A DNA stretch of 64,000 nucleotides from Eledone cirrhosa. Its lineage: Eukaryota. The notes under the pieces were generated by a model that worked only from the letters and a program-made list of their open reading frames with translations, had not been told where the DNA came from and did not search any database. The stretch's first letter is position 1. The number at the start of each line of letters is the position of its first letter. The stretch is from contig OZ024743.1 of NCBI GenBank assembly GCA_964016885.1, forward strand, positions 189,038,001 through 189,102,000. Reading direction: 5' to 3'. Positions 45,874 through 60,321 of the stretch are shown here, one piece after another. The position numbers were made by a program, and so were the translations under genes.

Positions 45874-47188
45874 CATCAACGTTTAACGTCCGTGTTCCAC
45901 GCTTGCATGGGTTTGGACGGGGGTTTTCCCACTTGAGGCAAGAGTGATTGTCTTGCTCGCATAGGACTCTCTGGCGGGTTCTCTACAGCTGGATGCCCTT
46001 CCTAACACCAACCACATTTACAGTGTCGGGCTGGGAGGTTTTTACCGTGTTGCCTACACGGCCACATTACAGCGTGGACTGTGTGTTTTTTGTCGTGACA
46101 CCTACACGATCTCATTTGTTTCGGCCTGGATGTTGTGGCACCAACATAACTTTACATTGAAAGGAGCGGTGTGGATGGGGTGGGGGTGGTGGGACGGGGG
46201 TGTGTCTTGTTAGAGATGCCTACTGACTGTAGTAGGTTTTACTTTGTATTTAGGTAAGGCAGGTCTTCTCTATTACTGAGTACCGCCAAAGGTCCAGTGA
46301 CATTGTCTTGGAGAGGTGTAAGCGTGTGATGTTGGAATTTATCATGTCGTCCCAGGTTTTTCTGGGTCTGCCTACTCCGTGGCTACCGTCTATCTTTATT
46401 GCCCTGCACTTTGTTATACAGCTGTCGTCTTTCATGCGCATCACGTGACCATACCAACGTAGCCTTCTCTCGAGTAAACAACATCTGATCCCTCTTAATT
46501 TTAATTTTTTCCTTACTTCGTTTATGCTTAGCCGTTCACGTATATTACTATTACACATCCAGCGGAGCATGCAAGCTTCATTCCTCTCTAGTCTGCGTAT
46601 ATCCTCTGCACACAATGCCCAGGTCTCACTGCCATGCAGCATTGCTGTTCGTATGCAGGCATCATATAACCTGCCTTTCATTTTTAGGGAGAACCCTTTA
46701 GCGGCTAATAGTGGTATAAGCTCTCTGAACTTTTTCCATCCAGTTCTGACTCTAGCTACTGTACTTTCAGAGCACCCTCCCACACTGCTGATTTTGTCAC
46801 CCAGGTAACGGAAGCTGTCCACTATTTCTATAGAACCCTCTGCGCAATTGAAAGAGCTAGTATTTTGTGGGCACTTGCTGCTACTTATTGCACCAGAGCA
46901 CCGGCCACATGTAAAATCTATGTTCTTAGTTAGCTTACCTGTGATCCCACTACATCTTTTATGCACCCATACTTTGCATTTGGGACATAAAATGGAGTTT
47001 CTACCTACGCCTTTCCTACACACTGAGCATGGCCATTTCCCGGAAGGGACCGCCGCCTTATTTTCTTTCCTACAAACTAGAACTTTAGTCTTAGCCAGGT
47101 TAATTTTAAGGCCTTTTGATTCTAGGCCGTGCTTCCATGTTTGGAATTTCTTCTCTAGCTCGGTCATTGATTCAGCTATGAGCGTTAG

Positions 47189-47190
<2 letters not shown>
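45868..47190 (-). mobile_element. 5'-truncated RTE LINE, subfamily A
   Basis: ORF 46250-47190 is near-identical to the C-terminal part of 12372-13777, including the PHD-like insert; same 3' UTR and short (GAT)n tail. Confidence 0.93.
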
Positions 47191-47271
<81 letters not shown>

Positions 47272-47325
47272 CATATATATATATATATATATACATACAT
47301 ATATATATATATATATATACATACA

Positions 47326-47420
<95 letters not shown>

Positions 47421-47473
47421 ATACATCTATATATACATATATATATACATATATATATATATATACATACATC

Positions 47474-47563
<90 letters not shown>

Positions 47564-47564
47564 C

Positions 47565-47609
<45 letters not shown>

Positions 47610-47610
47610 C

Positions 47611-47661
<51 letters not shown>

Positions 47662-47674
47662 CATATATATATAC

Positions 47675-47839
<165 letters not shown>

Positions 47840-47885
47840 TATATACATATATATATACACACATATATATATACATACATATATA

Positions 47886-50384
47886 CGACAGTAAAGAAGA
47901 ACAGATACAGACATTTAATGTAGAAGAGAACTGGGAGTTCCTAAAAAATAATTTACTAGAGGCGACGGATGAGGTCTGTGGCTGGAGTAAGACCTCAAGC
48001 AGGAGGAGAGTGACTTGGTGGTGGAACAATAAGGTAGATGAAGCAGTTAAGGCCAAGAGACAGGCATTGAAAGAATGGAAGAACGGGGGGAGCAGGGTAC
48101 ATTACATAGAGACCAAGGGGGAAGCTAGGCGACAATTATACTTAGCTAGGAGGGCAGCAGAGGATAGAAAATTCAAGCATGTTTTGCAACGTGAGGACCA
48201 GAAACAGGAGGTTTTCAAGATTGCGAGGCAGTGTGTCAGAGATAGTTGTGATGACATTGGAGAGAAGTGTATCCTGAATGATAAAGGTGAGCTTGCCCTC
48301 GCAAGTGCTGAGAAGAAAGATGCATGGAAGAGTCATTATGATAGATTACTAAATGCGGAGAATGCATGGGAAGAAGAGACCCTAACCCAAGTAGACCCTA
48401 TAGAGGGACCAGCAGTACAAGTCAGCAGCAGCGTAGTAAGTAAGGCAATCAAAGATATGAAGATGGGGAAGGCAACCGGTCCATCGGGTATAGCTGCCGA
48501 GATGCTGAAGGCATCTGGGTCTGTAGGTCACACTATAACCACATGTATCGTTAACCAGGTAATACTAGAAGGGGCCATACCAAAAGATTGGTGCAGTAGC
48601 ATCATTGTCAACTGCTACAAAGGTAAAGGCGATGCACTAGATAGAGGAAACTATAGAGGTATAAAGTTGATGGACCAGGTCAGGTAAGTAACAGAAAGAG
48701 TTATAGCACAGCTGATTAGGGACCGGGTGAAAATAGACGAGATGCAATTTGGGTTTGTACCAGGAAGAGGCACCACTGATGCCCTCTTCCTTGTGAGGCA
48801 ATTACAGGAAAAGTACCTAGCTAAAAGTAAGCCACTCTACTTGGCATTTGTCGACCTTGAGAAAGCCTTCGACAGAGTTCCACGTGCTGTAATCTGGTGG
48901 GCTCTTAGAAAACTAGGAGTAGATGAATGGCCTGTGAAAGCGGTACTAGCCATGTATAGGGGAACAGTCAGCAAAGTTAGGATTAGCAATGAGTATAGCG
49001 AGGAATTTAGCGTACATGTTGGGGTCCACCAGGGCTCTGTTCTTAGCCCTCTCCTGTTCTTCATAGTCCTGCAGGCAATAACGGAGGAGTTTAAGACCGG
49101 ATGCCCATGGGAACTCCTGTATGCTGATGACGTCGCACTCATAGCTGAATCTATGGTAGAACTAGAGAATAAATTCCAAACTTGGAAGCAGGGACTAGAA
49201 AGAAAGGGTCTCAAAGTCAACATGACAAAGACTAAGGTCCTTGTAAGTAGACGAGAAAACAGAACCCAGATCCCCTCAGGGAAATGGCCTTGCTGAGTAT
49301 GTAGGAAAGGTGTAGGTAGGAACTCCATTCTCTGCCCCAAATGCAAACAATGGGTACACAAGAGATGTAGCGGGATCTCAGGAAGCTTAATTAAGAATGT
49401 AGGATTCACATGCAGCAGCTGTGCTGCGACAGCAAGCAGCAAACAGCCACAGGAAACAAGTACCACCAATCTCTGGGAGGGCCCTGTAGAAACAGTAGAC
49501 AGCTTCTGCTACCTAGGTGACCGAATTAGCAGCGGAGATGGGTGTTCAGAAAGTACAATAACTAGGGTAAGAACGGGATGGAAGAAGTTTAGGAAACTAC
49601 TACCACTGCTAGCTGCAAAAGGCTTCTCCCTCAGAATGAAAGGCAGACTGTATGATGCGTGTATCCGAACAGCGATGTTGCATGGTAGTGAGACCTTGGC
49701 GCTGAAGGTGGAACACTTACGGAGATTAGAGAGAAACGAAGCCTGTATGCTCCGATGAATGTGTAACAGTAATATACGTGAACGACAAAGCATAAATGAA
49801 TTGAGAGAGAGACTGAGCATAAGAGGAATCAAATGCTGTGTGCAGGAGAGGCGATTGCGCTGATATGGACATGTGATGCGTATGAAGGATGACAGCTGCA
49901 TAAAAAGGTGCAGAGCACTAGAAGTTGATGGAAACCGCGGAGTGGGTAGACCCAAGATGACCTGGGATGAGGTGATAAAAGCCGACCTTACCCTATTACA
50001 CCTCTCAAAGACAATGACACACGACCGTGACTTCTGGCGTCACGCAGTAATACAGAGTACCCGACCTCCCATGGGTGCAAGCTGAAGCATATAGACAATA
50101 TGCCCCCACACCCCCCACCGCAGGGTGGTCGTGGAGGTGCCACGGCAAAAAAGCACCCAGCCCACACTGTAAAGTGGACGTGTAGGCGCCACGAAAAAGC
50201 ACCCAGCACTCACTGTAAATGAGGTTGGTGTTAGGAAGGGCATCCAGCTGTAGAAATCAAGCCAAATCAGCTCCTGTATGAGCAAGGCATGGTCAGCCGA
50301 CCAGACACTGCCCACAACAGGACAACCCGCCTAACCCATGCTAGCGTGGAAGAACGGACGTAAAACGGTGATGATGATGATGAT
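47886..50384 (+). mobile_element. 5'-truncated RTE LINE, subfamily B, with premature stops
   Basis: [37 protein letters not shown] and PHD-like insert; (GAT)n tail at about 50369-50384. Confidence 0.93.
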
Positions 50385-51055
50385 ATATATATATATATAT
50401 ACATATATATATACACATATATATATACACACACACACATATATATATATACACACACATATATATATATACACACACACATATATATATATACACACAC
50501 ACATATATATATATATATACACACACACATATATATATATATATACACACACACACATATATATATATATATACACACACACATATTTATTTATTTATAT
50601 ATTTTTTATATATTTTTTATATATATTTATTTTTATTGTATTTACATTTATTCATATATTAATGTTTATTCATTTATTGCTGTGATCATTACTTTTCCCT
50701 TTATTTTTATTTCTATCCTACATTACTTATCCTTATGCCTGTCTCACCTCTGTCTACAATCATTTCCATATATCTTTTCTCCTCTTTATATTTTTCTCTG
50801 TAATCACTTCTTTTTCTCCTTTCCCTTTTTCTTTTTCCTTCTTTTTTCATTTTCCTCTCCTTTCTTTCTTTACTGTATCCATCTCCCATTCTTCCTCCTT
50901 CTTTTCTCTCTCTATCTTTATTATTAATATTATTATTGATGATGTAATTTGAATTTGTAAATTTGCCGGTTATATTTTGTATTTTGTATTTTGTATAACA
51001 GTTTCCGAAGACCTGATCGAGCTAACATCGTATGTAAAATTGAGTAGCACTGCTT

Positions 51056-51143
51056 CTAATTTGCATATCGAGTGAGTTAAATCGGCCAGGCGTACCGAAA
51101 ACGGTACGCCTGGCCGATTTAACTCACTCGATATGCAAATTAG
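51056..51143. repeat. Perfect 42-bp palindrome with AAAA loop
   Basis: 51056-51097 is the reverse complement of 51102-51143. Confidence 0.95.
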
Positions 51144-51414
51144 GCTGCTCAGCCGTTAATTTTCATAAGGAAAGTATATACTTTCGAACGTTCAACCATC
51201 TGGCAGAAGGGTATACGGTGCTGATGATAGCTAACAAGCTTGAAACTAGTACATCGTTCCTGTGTCAGTGTTGAACAAAAAGGTGACGTGGTTGCCTTAA
51301 CACCGTACGGCATAAATTCAGGCTGTTCAGTTTGTTTACAAACGAACAAAGTGGGCGTTATAATAAGCGTCCGCTAAACTGATACGTACATATATGTATG
51401 TGTACCTGTATGTA

Positions 51415-51445
<31 letters not shown>

Positions 51446-51562
51446 GCATGCTACTGTACGTCTGTATACATATATGTATGTACGTATACATACATACTTA
51501 CATTTAAGTAAGTGCCGTACTAAGAGTGAGAAATGAAATTTCTTTTTCATTTTATTACAACT
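51102..51562 (+). mobile_element. Diverged solo copy of the retrozyme-like unit (hammerhead at 51215-51257)
   Basis: Colinear with 45015-45444; acggtg-CTGATGA-tagctaacaagctt-GAAA-ctag-ta-catcgt is conserved. Confidence 0.85.
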
Positions 51563-51601
51563 GATAGATAGATATATATATACATATATATATATATATA
51601 G

Positions 51602-51648
<47 letters not shown>

Positions 51649-51669
51649 TATATACATATATATATAGAG

Positions 51670-51700
<31 letters not shown>

Positions 51701-51745
51701 TATATACATAGATATATATATATATACACATATATATATACATAG

Positions 51746-51808
<63 letters not shown>

Positions 51809-51831
51809 GATATATATATATATACAACAGA

Positions 51832-53531
51832 GGCAAACATCGTAGTTATAAGCTTTTCTGGGTGGGTAATGATGATGGGTTAGGTGGGGTGGGCATATTA
51901 GTGGCTGAGAGATGGATAAATAAGACAATAGAGGTAGTTAGAGTTAGTAATAGAATAATTAAACTTAGGTTAGTTGTAGGCAAGAGACTACTGACAATCA
52001 TCTCTGCCTATGCTTGCCAGGCAGGCCTAGGTAAAGAAGAGAAAGACGGCTTTTAAGAGCAACCTTTACAGATAGCCTCAATGACAGAGGACAGAGACAT
52101 CGTTATGCTAGCAGAGGACTTCACTGGACATGTTGGACAGCTCCAGGATGGATACACTGGGGTACATGGTGGGCACGGTGTCAAATACTAAGGCTTACCC
52201 TGTGGAAGAATGTACCCCACAGCGCAGGTTAGTCGTTAGTGATATCTCAGTAAGCAAGAGAAAGAATGAGACATACAGGAAGGTGTGGAAAAGAAAGGTC
52301 TGCAAGCTAAAAGACCTTTCATTAAAATATGAATTTAGCAAAGCCCTCCAAAATGTGTACGACGAAAAAAAAGACAATTTAGAGTTGTATGACATAGATA
52401 ATAACTGGAATTTCTTGCATGAAAAACTTACTGCAGGCTATTGAAGAAACTTGTGGTTGGGGTAGAGCTTCAACCAGTCTGAGAGTGACCTGGTGGTGGA
52501 ACAACATGGTAGATAGGGCCATTAGAGACAAAAGACTGGCATGGAACACTTGGAAAAATGGTGGGAGTAGACACGGATACACAGCCGCTAAGAGAGAAGC
52601 TAGACATCAGGTGTATTTAGCATGCAGGGAGGCTGAGAGTAGGAGGTTTGCCAATGTTCTGCGACAGGAAGATCAGAGGCATGCGGTGTTCCGCATTGCA
52701 AGGCAGTGTGTCAGTGCAAATCAGGATGTTCTTGGAGATAAGTGTGTCCGGAATGATGCTGGTGTACTTAGTGTCATGAATGATCAAAAGAAGGAGGCCT
52801 GGAAATGTCATTATGAGAGACTGATGAATGTAGAGAATGAATAGGACAGAAAGGAATTACTCCCAGTAGAACTGACAGAGGGACCAGCTATTGAGATTGA
52901 CGAACATAGGGTACAAGAGGCAATTAAGGAAATGAAGAATAGTAAGGCTGCTGGGCTGTCGGGGATAGTTTCTGAGATGCTGAAGGCTTCAGGAAAGTAG
53001 GCACTAAACTAGTTGTACGCATCATTAATCAAGCTATATATGGTGGTGTCATACCCAAAGACTCTCATAAATTATTATAAAGGTAAAGGGAATGCTCTGG
53101 AGAAGAGCAATTATAGGGGCATAAAGCTGATGGATCAGGTTCTGAAAGTGGCAGAGAGAATATTAGCGCAACTGATTAGAGAAAGAGTCAGTTTAGATGT
53201 GATGCAGTTTGGTTTTGTGCCTGGGAAAGGTACAACAGATGATCTCTTCTTAGTGAGACAACTACAAGGGAGGTTCTTAGAGAAGAATAAGCCACTATAC
53301 TTGGCTTTTGTTGACTTTTGTTGATAGGGTACCCTGATCTGTCATCTGGTGGTCCCTCAGGAAACTAGGTGCAGATGAATGGCTTGTGAGGGCAGTGCAA
53401 GATATGTACAGGGGTGCTGTCACTAAAGTGAGAATAGGAATGGAGTTGAGTGAGAAATTTCAGATACAAGTAGGTGTACATCAAGGTTCTGTCCTCAGCC
53501 CACTCTTGTTCATTATAGTCCTCCAAGCCAT

Positions 53532-53535
<4 letters not shown>
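51832..53535 (+). pseudogene. Older RTE LINE fragment (subfamily C), APE to mid-RT
   Basis: GGVGILV, IISAYA, TWWWNN, NYRGIKL, QFGF and [10 protein letters not shown] with frameshifts and deletions; cut by (TA)n. Confidence 0.85.
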
Positions 53536-53602
<67 letters not shown>

Positions 53603-53624
53603 GTGTATATATATACACACACAC

Positions 53625-54812
53625 ATCATCACCGTTTTACGTCCGTTCTTCCATGCTAGCATGGGTTAGACGGGTTGTCCTGTTGTGGGCAGTGTCTGGT
53701 CAGCTGACCATGCCTTGCTCATACAGGAACTGATTTTGGCTTGATTTCTACAGCTAGATGCCCTTCCTAACACCAACCTCATTTACAGTGAGTTCTGGGT
53801 GCTTTTTCCGTGGCGCCTACACGTCCACTTTACAGTGTGGGCTGGGTGCTTTTTTGCCGTGGCACCTCCACGACCACTTTGCAGTGGGAGGGTGTGGGGG
53901 CATAGTCTATATGCTTAAGCTTGTACCCATGGGCGGTCGGTTATTCTGTATTGCTGCGTGATGCCAGAGGTCACGGTCGTGTGTCATCGCCTTTGAGAGG
54001 TGTAATTGGGTAAGGTCGGCTTTTATCACCTGATCCCTGGTCTTCTTGGGTCTCCCCACTCCGCGGTTTCCAATGACTTCTAGTGCTCTGCACCTTTTTA
54101 TGCAGCTGTCATCCTTCATACGCATCACATGTCCATACCAACGCAACCGTCTCTACTGCACACAGCATTTGATTCCTCTTATGCTCAGTCTCTCTCTCAA
54201 TTCATTTATGCTTTGCCGTTCGTGTATTACACATCCATCGGAGCATGCAGGCTTCGTTTCTTTCTAATCTATGTAAGTCTTCCACCTTCAGCGTCCATGT
54301 CTCACTACCATTGCTGTTCGTATACACGCATCATACAGTCTGCCTTTCATTTTGAGGGAGAAGCCTTTTGCACCTAGCAGTGGTAGTAGTTCCCTAAATT
54401 TCTTCCATCCCGTTCTTACCCTAGTTATTGTACTTTCTGAACACCCACCTCCACTGCTAATTCTGTCACCTAGGTAGCAGAACCTGTCTACTGTTTCTAC
54501 AGAGCCCTCCCAGAGGTTGGTGGTACTTGTTTTCTGTGGCTGTTTGCTGCTTGCTGTCCCAGCACAGCTGCTGCATGTGAAGCCTACATTCTTAATTAAG
54601 CTTCCTGAGATCCCGCTACATCTCTTGTGTACCCATTGTTTGCATTTGGGGCAGAGAATGGAGTTCCTACCTACACCTTTCCTACATACTGAGCAAGGCC
54701 ATTTCCCTGAGGGCATCTGGGTTCTGTTTTCTAGTCTACTTACAAGGACCTTAGTCTTTGTCAGGTTTACTTTGAGACTCTTTCTAGTCCCTGCTTCCAA
54801 GTTTGGAATTTC
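53625..54812 (-). mobile_element. 5'-truncated RTE LINE, subfamily B
   Basis: Reverse-complement homologue of about 49170-50380, including PHD-like insert and 3' UTR. Confidence 0.9.
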
Positions 54813-55031
54813 ATATATATATATATATACACACACATATATATATTATATATTATATATTTACACATATATATAATAGAAACAATTATTATTTTAAAAA
54901 TCCGATATACATTTATATATATATATATATGTAGAGGTTATATTTAATTTGTTGGGATACAACAAGCAACCGTGAAGGTTGCATTTTTTCAGGGTATGTC
55001 AATATTTATTTATAAAACTAATCTATATTAT

Positions 55032-55095
55032 ATTTTATCTGATGAAAGTGTACCATAATCTGCCTTGGTGGCCCTTGAAATATGTATAATGAAAT
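55032..55095 (+). ncRNA. Type I hammerhead ribozyme motif (orphan)
   Basis: attttat-CTGATGA-aag.tacca..tggtg.ctt-GAAA-tatgta-ta-atgaaat, overlapping aataaa. Confidence 0.65.
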
Positions 55096-55134
55096 AAATA
55101 TGGTTTTATAAATATAGTTTCCATTTGTTAATAT

Positions 55135-55198
<64 letters not shown>

Positions 55199-56569
55199 AT
55201 TATGTATTAAACAATACAATATAATTATTTTTGTTAATATCGTCTATCTTCGCGAAAGCGTTGATAATGGAATAATTATATTGTGTTTATTACATAATTA
55301 AATATCTTTGTACTATTCATAGAACACTCTTCTTTCCTTCACTTTTTCTACGGAAATACTTAAAACATATATATATATATGTTTGTGTTAATCCTTAGAT
55401 ATGCATAAGAAATAATAAGCTATCTACATAATCTTAGATATCAATAGATGCAAAATGACAAAAGGGATATTTTGTGCAGAATACTTAATGAGTACAAACT
55501 AATTACTTAATGCTTTTCTTTGATGGATCATTAGAAGAAATGAATAATAAGTTGACTAGAAACAATAGTGAATTGTAAACGAAATGTAACCTTTGCACCC
55601 AACATGATAACTGACTGGCTTTCCTTTGACAGTGTATAAAGATACTGATTTTATTTAGTATTTATACCCACATCTTGCAAACAAAATCAAATTTTCTTCC
55701 ATATTTCTTGCTTGCAGCCTGTCTGCTTCCATGAGAATATATTTTCTTGCCAAAGTGAAGATAGGAAATGTTTGATACAATGTTCTAAATGAACTTTTCT
55801 GACTGCTAAAATTTGATTAGACTTTTAAGATTTTTCTTTTTGTTCTTGATACATTTGCACTTCTATTTGATCAGTATTCACCTTCAAGTACTATATATAT
55901 ATATATACATGGTTCTTATTGTATAACATTTTGTTCTTATTTTTGTTGCAGGTTTCTATCCTTGGCCTGCTGCCATACTGAGGCATGGCTTTCAAGTGTT
56001 GTAGTTGATCAACTATAGTATCAACCCAAATCTTATGCTCCAGTTTATTAATCTCTAATTATCAAACGGCTAAGTTTTATTTGCTTAAGGGGACATAAAT
56101 GAAGGCATTAATCTATCAAAAAAATAGACAGGTACACACATATGTACATATGTACTTACAAAATGGTGACCATTGTGGTCAGTCCAATACTCGTACATTT
56201 GTAATAACAGCTTATATGAAGGCACCAAATCATATATTGGAAAAGTTGGCTACAGAATGTGGTAAGATTTCGTACGAATATGTCTATATAAGTGTTTAAA
56301 TATTACATCTATTTTACCCATATCTATATAAATGCTACATACATTTTAACATATTTATATAATCATGGCATTGTAATGGTACACATATAAAGAAATAAAC
56401 TAAGTAATGTTTCAAAACCATTCTTGAAAAAAGAAAATGCTAAATATGAACATTCAAATACAATTGTAGAATTAAAAATAATCTAAAAGGAAAGATTATC
56501 CAAGCTTTGAATAAGTTTAGATTTAATTCTGACAAAACTTTGTCAAAATGCTTAAAGAAGATCATCATC

Positions 56570-57262
56570 TACTTTGAAACAAAGACAAATATCAGTGGAT
56601 AGACAAAATCATGGCTAAACAGAAAAATCTTCTTTGACTGCAGTGTGGCTGGACAACCAGAACAAATTTGATAGTATACCACATGTGTGGATTATCAAGG
56701 TTTTAAAATTAGTCAAATTCCCACAAATACTAGTAGCTGCTATTCATTGCCTGACCAAGATTTGGTATACCACTTCGCTGCTCTTCATCTTCTCATTAAA
56801 CCCTCTATCATACCTGCCCACAAAACATAGTGGTCATAGAAATGGATTGAAGTATCTCCCATCTTTTCTTTGTCAATGACCTGAAATTGTATGGGCAAAA
56901 CATAAACGACATAAAGACACAATTGTGCCTCATTACCCAATTTTCTACATTCATTGCAATGACATTTGGTGAATCCCAATGCGCATCTGTGACAATAAAA
57001 CGTGAAAAGGTCCTCTAAAAACATTAAAATCAATGGCTTGGTGATACAACCTGTACAGTCAGGTGACAATTATATGTATGTTAGATATGATGAGAATGTC
57101 AGATATGATGGATTCATAAATAAAGAGAGGACCTAGAATTAATACCTCAGGAGAGTAAAGAAAATATGGTCATCAGAACTCTCAGCATAAAACAAGCACA
57201 TTGCTCATGATACTTTTGCTGTTCTCATCCTAATGCAAACATTTGGCCTGTGGAACTGGCTG
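56570..57262 (+). pseudogene. Decayed R4/Dong-like non-LTR RT fragment
   Basis: VWLDNQNKFDSIPHVWI, LLFIFSLNPLS, SHLFLVNDLKLY and YLRRVKKIWSSELS in broken frames. Confidence 0.7.
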
Positions 57263-58112
57263 GTGCTTTTCTCAGCTACTTGAGTCATCAGTAGTTTGCA
57301 ATCGGTTGTTATGTAAGAATTTCCAATTGTCCCATATGCCATAGGTATCTAACTCATCCCCCTTCTAATCGTATGCATCCCATAGAGCCTTTCAAAACCT
57401 ATACTTAACTAAAAGCTCCTTCAGCTTCTGTACTTTCCATCTTTATATTTTCTTCTTGTGTTTATTCTGATGTCACTAATAACTAACTCGTGTTGGGTGG
57501 CACATTTTTCTCCGGGGAAATTTTAGCATTTTTTACCATCTGTCTCTCTTGTCTTACAATTGTGAAATCACTCTGGCTTGAGTATTTGCCTGATTGGTAG
57601 GTGGCTGGTAGGTTTCTAGAAGTTAGTATTGCAAATTGTTAGTTTATTAGTATTGTAGAATTCTATGATCATCACTCCCTTTTCATTTTTTGAGCCATTA
57701 CCATATCTGCTATGTACTGCCAAGATATATATATATATATATAATTAAGAGACAAAGCTAATAGAATTGACGTAGCTTCAGTTATTTCATTACAGACTCA
57801 GTGACCAATTAAGTTTGTATTATTAAAATTCGAACCCAGCTGGCCAGAGTGCACACATACGTCAATAAGTGAGGAAGACGACGTCGTCTGTGTTGCTTAG
57901 TTCATCAAGGACATATCTTAATACTTTTCTTTCACTTTCTCCTTTCGTTTTCATCTTGTGCATCTTCTTTCAATTGATTTTTGTTTCTACAATCCATCAC
58001 TTTCTTTCAAATTTTATCTTACTTTCAATTCTTTATATTCATCATCAGAAGAATACTATGGGTTGATCTAATGCTTCCTATAGTTAATGGTGGGTGTGTA
58101 CATAGTGGAGAG

Positions 58113-58395
58113 TGGAAGCACGTGGTCTAGTGGTGAGGGTGTTGGACTTACGATCATAATGTTGTGGGTTCGATTCCTGGGTTGCGTGTTGTGTTCTTGA
58201 GAGCAAAGCACTTCATTTTATGTTGATCCAGTATACTCAGCTGAAAATGAGTACCAGCAATAGCTGGGAGTTTAACCCTGTGGTGGACTGGCGTCCTGTC
58301 CAGTGGGAAGTCATGTACTTTCAGTTGTTTAACACCACGACACTGGGATAAGCACCGGTCAAATGAGCCTCCTGGCTTAAGACAGACTTTAGACT
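58113..58395 (+). mobile_element. tRNA-derived SINE (second family)
   Basis: A box gtggtctagtggt, B box ggttcgattcc, core gttgtgttcttgag..caaagcactt, short repeat tail. Confidence 0.8.
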
Positions 58396-60069
58396 TAGAC
58401 ATAGTGGAGCACCATTCTCTTCTGTGGTGAGGCATAGACCATGGTGGGATTTGAATTCAGAATATAATGATGCAGAATATATATTACAAGACATCCTATT
58501 CAGTTCTCTAGCAATTCCAGTATTCCTTTGTTATGAACTGGCATTTTATTTATTAACCCCCAAAGAATCAACAGCAAAGTTGACATCAATGGCGTTTTGA
58601 CTCAGAGTGCAGAGTTTAAATAAATACTATAAGGCATTTTGTACACTGCTGCAATGCTTCTGCCAATTCAAGACTTTCTTTACATTGCACTTTCAAAATG
58701 TTTTCTCATTCTTTCTCTTTCGATTTTCTTTCTATTTGTTCTGTCATTTCCTATTTCTTTTTAATTTTCCACGTCTTCCTCCTTTTACTCACCTTCAATT
58801 TTTTCAATTATTTCTTTCTCTTTTTCTCCATTTCTAACTTATCTTTCCTCATTCATCTCTTTTTCTTACTTTACACAATCTTCCCATTCTTTATTAAGAT
58901 ACTCTTCTTTTTCTTCTTAATTTTTTGTTCTTGTTTCATGCTTGAATAGATATTTCAGCATGCAGAGAAATTGGAATTTGGTGCCTATTTTCAATTTGTC
59001 TCCTATTTAAATTGCCTCTGAAGTATCTCAACTCTACAATTACTTGGAAATATCATGCAAAATAAAACCAAAGCCATTTCATTTTATTTTGTGGTTTATT
59101 TCTTTAGATCATCTTAATTCCATTTCAATCATATGATTTCCATTTATTTTTCCTGGCAAAAAAAGACTTTCAACATTTATTTTGTATTTCTATTATCCAA
59201 CCTGCAGGTTTTTCCTTTCTTATAAAGAGCGGGGGCATGACAAAGGACAAAAATGTCTCCTTGAAGCAATTATCTAGTTCTTACTCATTATTAAGTAATA
59301 TATTATAATTGTGTTGTATTCAATACTAAATGTGTTATATTGTTTAACACAAATTTGTTCAGCATTACATACTGCTATTTAAATGCAGTTATGCAAAACC
59401 ATAATTTAGATTTAAATATTAGCACATTAATTTGAGATGACTAGTAAAATGGATGACTGAATTGCAAAAAAGAAAAAAAACTGAAGCATATTGGTGGCCT
59501 CAGATGAGAACTAATGACAGATATTTCAGTCAGAAATTTTCACTGGAGACTATTGAAAACAGTTACAATTCACTGCACAGTAACATACATCAGTAATTGT
59601 GTTTATATATTTTCAATTGCTATGTGTAGCAGAAAATATGAAAAACTTTCTAATTTTGGCTTTTTGATATCATATAAGGAAGTTTCATTTGATATTAGAT
59701 GTGAGTTTAATAACATTTCATATATCAGTTTTTGTATTAATCAATTTTCATTAAGTCTGTAACAACAAAGGTGGGAGAAAGCCACTGTAATTGAGATATA
59801 TGTTTCTTATAATCATGCTTATTTAGTTTCAATCTCTCTGTATGGCAACTTGGGTGGGTCTTTTACGTTAGTAATGTGTTCACCAAAGGCTTTTGAGGTA
59901 AATTTGAGAGACAAATTATGCTTGTCATACTTTTGCATATTGAAATGAAAGTAGTTTGTCGAGGAGGATAGTGGGTTTGATTTAAAATGAGCAAAGGGAT
60001 AGCTGTGGAGTCTGCTAGCTGTAGTGAAACAACCAATATATGAAAGTAATGATTGATTAAAAACAACTA

Positions 60070-60281
60070 CAGGGGGCTGGCGTGGGGCTCTGTAAGCCAT
60101 AGTGAAGGCAACCTGTCTAGGAGAGTAGACACTCAAAATAAAACTGATACATAAAGACAACCTCTCTAGTACGGATGGCTTGAACATTGCACCCAGTCTA
60201 TGCTGTAAATTGGTTGGTGATAGGAAGGGCATCCAGCCAAAAAAAGCCTTGCCAAAGATATATGAAAAGCATGACAAATGT

Positions 60282-60286
<5 letters not shown>
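60070..60286 (+). mobile_element. Short non-autonomous element combining RTE 5'-UTR and 3'-UTR motifs
   Basis: ggcaacctgtctaggagag followed about 100 bp later by gtaaattggttggtgataggaagggcatccagcc. Confidence 0.5.
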
Positions 60287-60321
<35 letters not shown>

